Shown here in pieces: positions 61,201-64,000 of a DNA stretch of 64,000 nt. Numbering within the stretch: the stretch's first letter is position 1; the number at the start of each line of letters is the position of its first letter. Source of the DNA: Magallana gigas (taxonomy: Eukaryota); assembly GCF_963853765.1 (NCBI RefSeq), contig NC_088858.1, positions 47,244,001-47,308,000 on the forward strand, read 5' to 3'. A model generated the notes under the pieces. It saw nothing but the letters and a program-made list of their open reading frames with translations, made no database searches and was not told the DNA's origin. The position numbers and the translations under genes were made by a program.

Positions 61201-63888
61201 TTTAATTTGTTAACTTTCTATCTATTTTTACAGTTAGAGTCTGGCTACCTGAAGCATGTGTTTGCAGTATTTGACAGAATTGGATATGCACTTGGCAATG
61301 GCGAATCTGACTGGGATGTTCTCTGGTCTCATGAGTATCCATTTGAATCTCTGGCCAAGAAAATGTCAATTCTAAAACCTCACCAAAAGGTTAGTACTGT
61401 ACACCTCTGTGTATTAAAAAATGGTTATCTCATTTATCATATTTAATAAGGACTAGAAGGGTAAAATGTCTTGGTCTTGATTACAAGCACAAGGACATGC
61501 AATGTTTTAAAACCTTGTTGTAGCTAAAAGGTTTGTGGCTTGGTGACATTTGGATTCTGAATTTAGTTTATTTATAATTTTTAGTATGGCTTTTTTTTTA
61601 GTGAATGTAAATGCAACAACTGGTATATGTCTTTGATTGACAGAATATATCCCTGAAAAACTTTGTTAGATGTCATTTCTCTTCACAGGTGAACCATTTC
61701 CCGGGCTCTGGATACATCACCAACAAAGTCAGTCTAGCTGTGTCCACCAACCCTTTCATACCCCGGGCCTTCAAGATCCCCAAGGAGAAAAGACAATTCC
61801 TCCAATATGTAAGTCTGTGATAAATTTATTGCATATAATAGTATAGTAAAATGTACCGGTAAATGTTTTATTATCTTATACATGTGAAGTGTGTTTTGGT
61901 ATATCACTGATTTTTCTGCTAATAGAACCATTTTAACAAGACTTTGGACTTTCTGTTGGACTTAGCTACCTATTTCTTTCATCAAAACAAGTTAAAAATG
62001 ATGCGGTTTAAAGCGAAATATGCACCGATTGCATAGTCTTAGCTCAAAAGCCAGACAAATCTTGTTGATTTCAAAGATATATGGCTGAGTGGCCAGCAAT
62101 GAAATAGACAGGGCTACGTCACATTGCTGTTTGACACATCTAACCAAAGTCCAAGCTCTTGTTAAAATGGTTCGAAGATGAAGGACTGAGATACACAATA
62201 TGACACTCGTGCGTTAAATTGCAGGCAGAGGAACACCCACACACGCTGTGGGTCCAGAAGAGAAACAGCCATAGGGGCATCAAGATCAAACATGTGCAGG
62301 GTAGGTGTATACCTTTTCTATACTTCAAAGTTTTATATTCCTCATTTTTCCATTATATCAACTTGTTTATGAACATAAATTAATTGCTTCAATATTAAAA
62401 AGGAGACTTTGAAACTTGTCAAATTATACAATATTGTTTGTAGTTATGTACAACAATAATTTGATTGTTCTCGGATGTTAAGTGGTGTGAGAGTTATCTT
62501 CTCCTCTGATTTTGCTCTAGAATTGGACTTGTCAGATGACGGCTCTTTTGTTCAGATGTTTGTGGATAGACCGTTCCTTATTGATGGGAGGTGGGTAGCA
62601 AAGTTTCATCCCTGTATTCTGCACATTCATTAAACCTATTTTTAGATAGAATTTATGGAAAGTTAGAAATATAATAACAACTGTAACGATTGCTAAAATC
62701 TGAAATATATATGTACCAGGTACATGTTTTTAACATTCCATTATCAATATTCAGAAAATTTGACATTGGTGTGTACACGACCTTGACCTCCATTGACCCC
62801 CTTAGAGTGTACATTCTGGAGTCCGAGGCATTGTTCAGGTCAGTACTTTACCTTGGTTGTGTCACATAGTTTATTTATGTTAGCCGATTTACATAACAAC
62901 CAAGATGTAGAATAGATAACAATATGTTTAGTATGTCTCTTTGTCCTAAACTTTTTAAAATTATGAAATAGACCTAAATTTCTATACATGTACATGTAAA
63001 ACTTCAAGCTTTCTAAACTCAAGGCCAAACTTGAATGAATTGTAAAGTTGAAGGTCACTCCTCAAGTTTGAATTGATCACAATAATTGGTTAATGCATGG
63101 TCAGGACATAGTATTTTTGTGGTATCCATTGAGAGTTAACTTCAAATGAGACTGAATTCTTGTATTGAATATGATTGTTTTAGGTTCTGTTCCCATGACT
63201 ACTACCCATTTGACGCCCGAGACATCAAGAAGTATGTTGTAGGGGATGATTACACACCAGTGTGGGAGGTACTGTACAGAATAAGTGTGGTAATCAGTAG
63301 CATACATTCTATATTTGGCACAGTGCCGCACAGTTAATGTGCATCACAAACATCCCTTGTACAGTTCCAATCTTTTTTAAAGAATTTTATCTGTCTCTTT
63401 TCCTTCAACATTGGCACCAAATATGTTAGCCTTGGAAAAAATTTGTGTGCATGTTCTTTGTTCTTTATTATTTATTTGATTTTTGAATTACTTGTTGCGA
63501 ATCATTTGGTATTCAGGTGCTTTGATAATTTTAACCCTACATGAATATTCTCTTTCAGATTCCTTCACTTAAGAAGCTGTACAGAGAACTGAACTTTAAC
63601 TTTAAGGATGCTTTTAATGCCTATCTAGATATGAAAGGTAAGGACACATGTTTTACTAAATCACAATCCCTGATTAAAGTTTTGTTTTGTTTGAGCATTT
63701 TTTGGGACGATAAATTGTTTTTAGTATTATTTAATGTATGCATCTTAAGGGAGATAACTCATATTGTTGTATGTCACAGGCCACAACTCGCGGAAGCTTT
63801 GGGCAGATATAACCTCAGCCATCAAAACAGTGTACCTACAGAAAGAGGCTGCTCTCATTGGTGCCACCAATAAATACACATCGTCTAG
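58269..63888 (+). CDS. Type II membrane TTL-domain (ATP-grasp) protein, ttll-15-like; partial, continues beyond the window
   Basis: In-frame exons 58269-58304, 60014-60250 (basic stretch plus TM LFSLVIVVLALGIVLTLLNIY), 61234-61389, 61689-61808 (VNHFPGSGYITNK), 62225-62300 (WVQKRNSHRGI), 62521-62590 (FVQMFVDRPFLIDGR), 62755-62838 (KFDIGVY..DPLRVYI), 63184-63268 (RFC..KYVV..Y), 63559-63637, 63780-63888. Confidence 0.88.
58297..58531 (+). repeat. 47-bp tandem repeat x5, each unit containing CAG|GTAAGT
   Basis: Unit AACTACAGGTAAGTACCCTTCATTCCACAGACAGTGTAACATTGACC; the first unit supplies the predicted donor of coding exon 1. Confidence 0.92.
60530..61260 (+). repeat. About 50-bp tandem repeat of the 3' splice site plus the first codons of coding exon 3 (about 9-11 units)
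   Basis: Recurrent TTACAG|TTAGAGTCTGGCTACCTGAAGCATGTGTT; the last unit is the acceptor at 61233. Confidence 0.88.
60610..60831. mobile_element. MITE with TACTGT...ACAGTA termini inserted into the acceptor repeat array
   Basis: Inverted termini; degenerate array units are present on both sides. Confidence 0.65.
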
Positions 63889-63952
63889 GTCAGTACCAAT
63901 ACTGGTCAAAATTTTGTCTGTTGTTATGCATTGTACCTGTCTTTGCACAGTA

Positions 63953-64000
63953 TTTTTAGCTCACCTGAGCCAAAGGCTCAAGTGAGCTTTTCTGATCACA
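63953..64000 (+). mobile_element. 5' end of another HINE/pearl-type element
   Basis: TTTTTAGCTCACCTGAGC..GCTCAAGTGAGCTTTTCTGATCACA, nearly identical to 32824. Confidence 0.85.

Overview
AT-rich, intron-rich animal genomic DNA. The repeat families and gene content suggest a bivalve, probably an oyster (inference). The left two thirds (1-43.5 kb) is a tandem immune array: an intact 4-exon secreted C-type lectin (minus strand), a 22-coding-exon gene A (7010-21171), a lectin remnant, a paralogous gene B (23932-41853) and a lectin pseudogene. I reconstructed A and B exon by exon; matching exon lengths and phases agree between the copies. They encode about 1450-1610 aa proteins with a long helical (ARM/HEAT-like) N-terminus, a coiled coil, a Death domain, two TIR_2 domains that both keep the NADase-type Glu (SxNCxRE), and a C-terminal CaaX box (CSIL). 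As assembled, A has a 1-nt frameshift at the start of TIR1. B is open throughout if an internal exon-14 acceptor is used, and it carries a 16-unit 30-nt coding repeat. The interval 43.8-51.3 kb is mostly transposon debris, including a decayed 4-kb piggyBac with nested insertions. The right part holds DUSP12 (single coding exon, minus strand) head-to-head with a type II membrane TTL-domain (ttll-15-like) gene. That gene has tandemly amplified splice donor and splice acceptor arrays and runs off the window. All alignments and translations were done by eye; no database searches were run.
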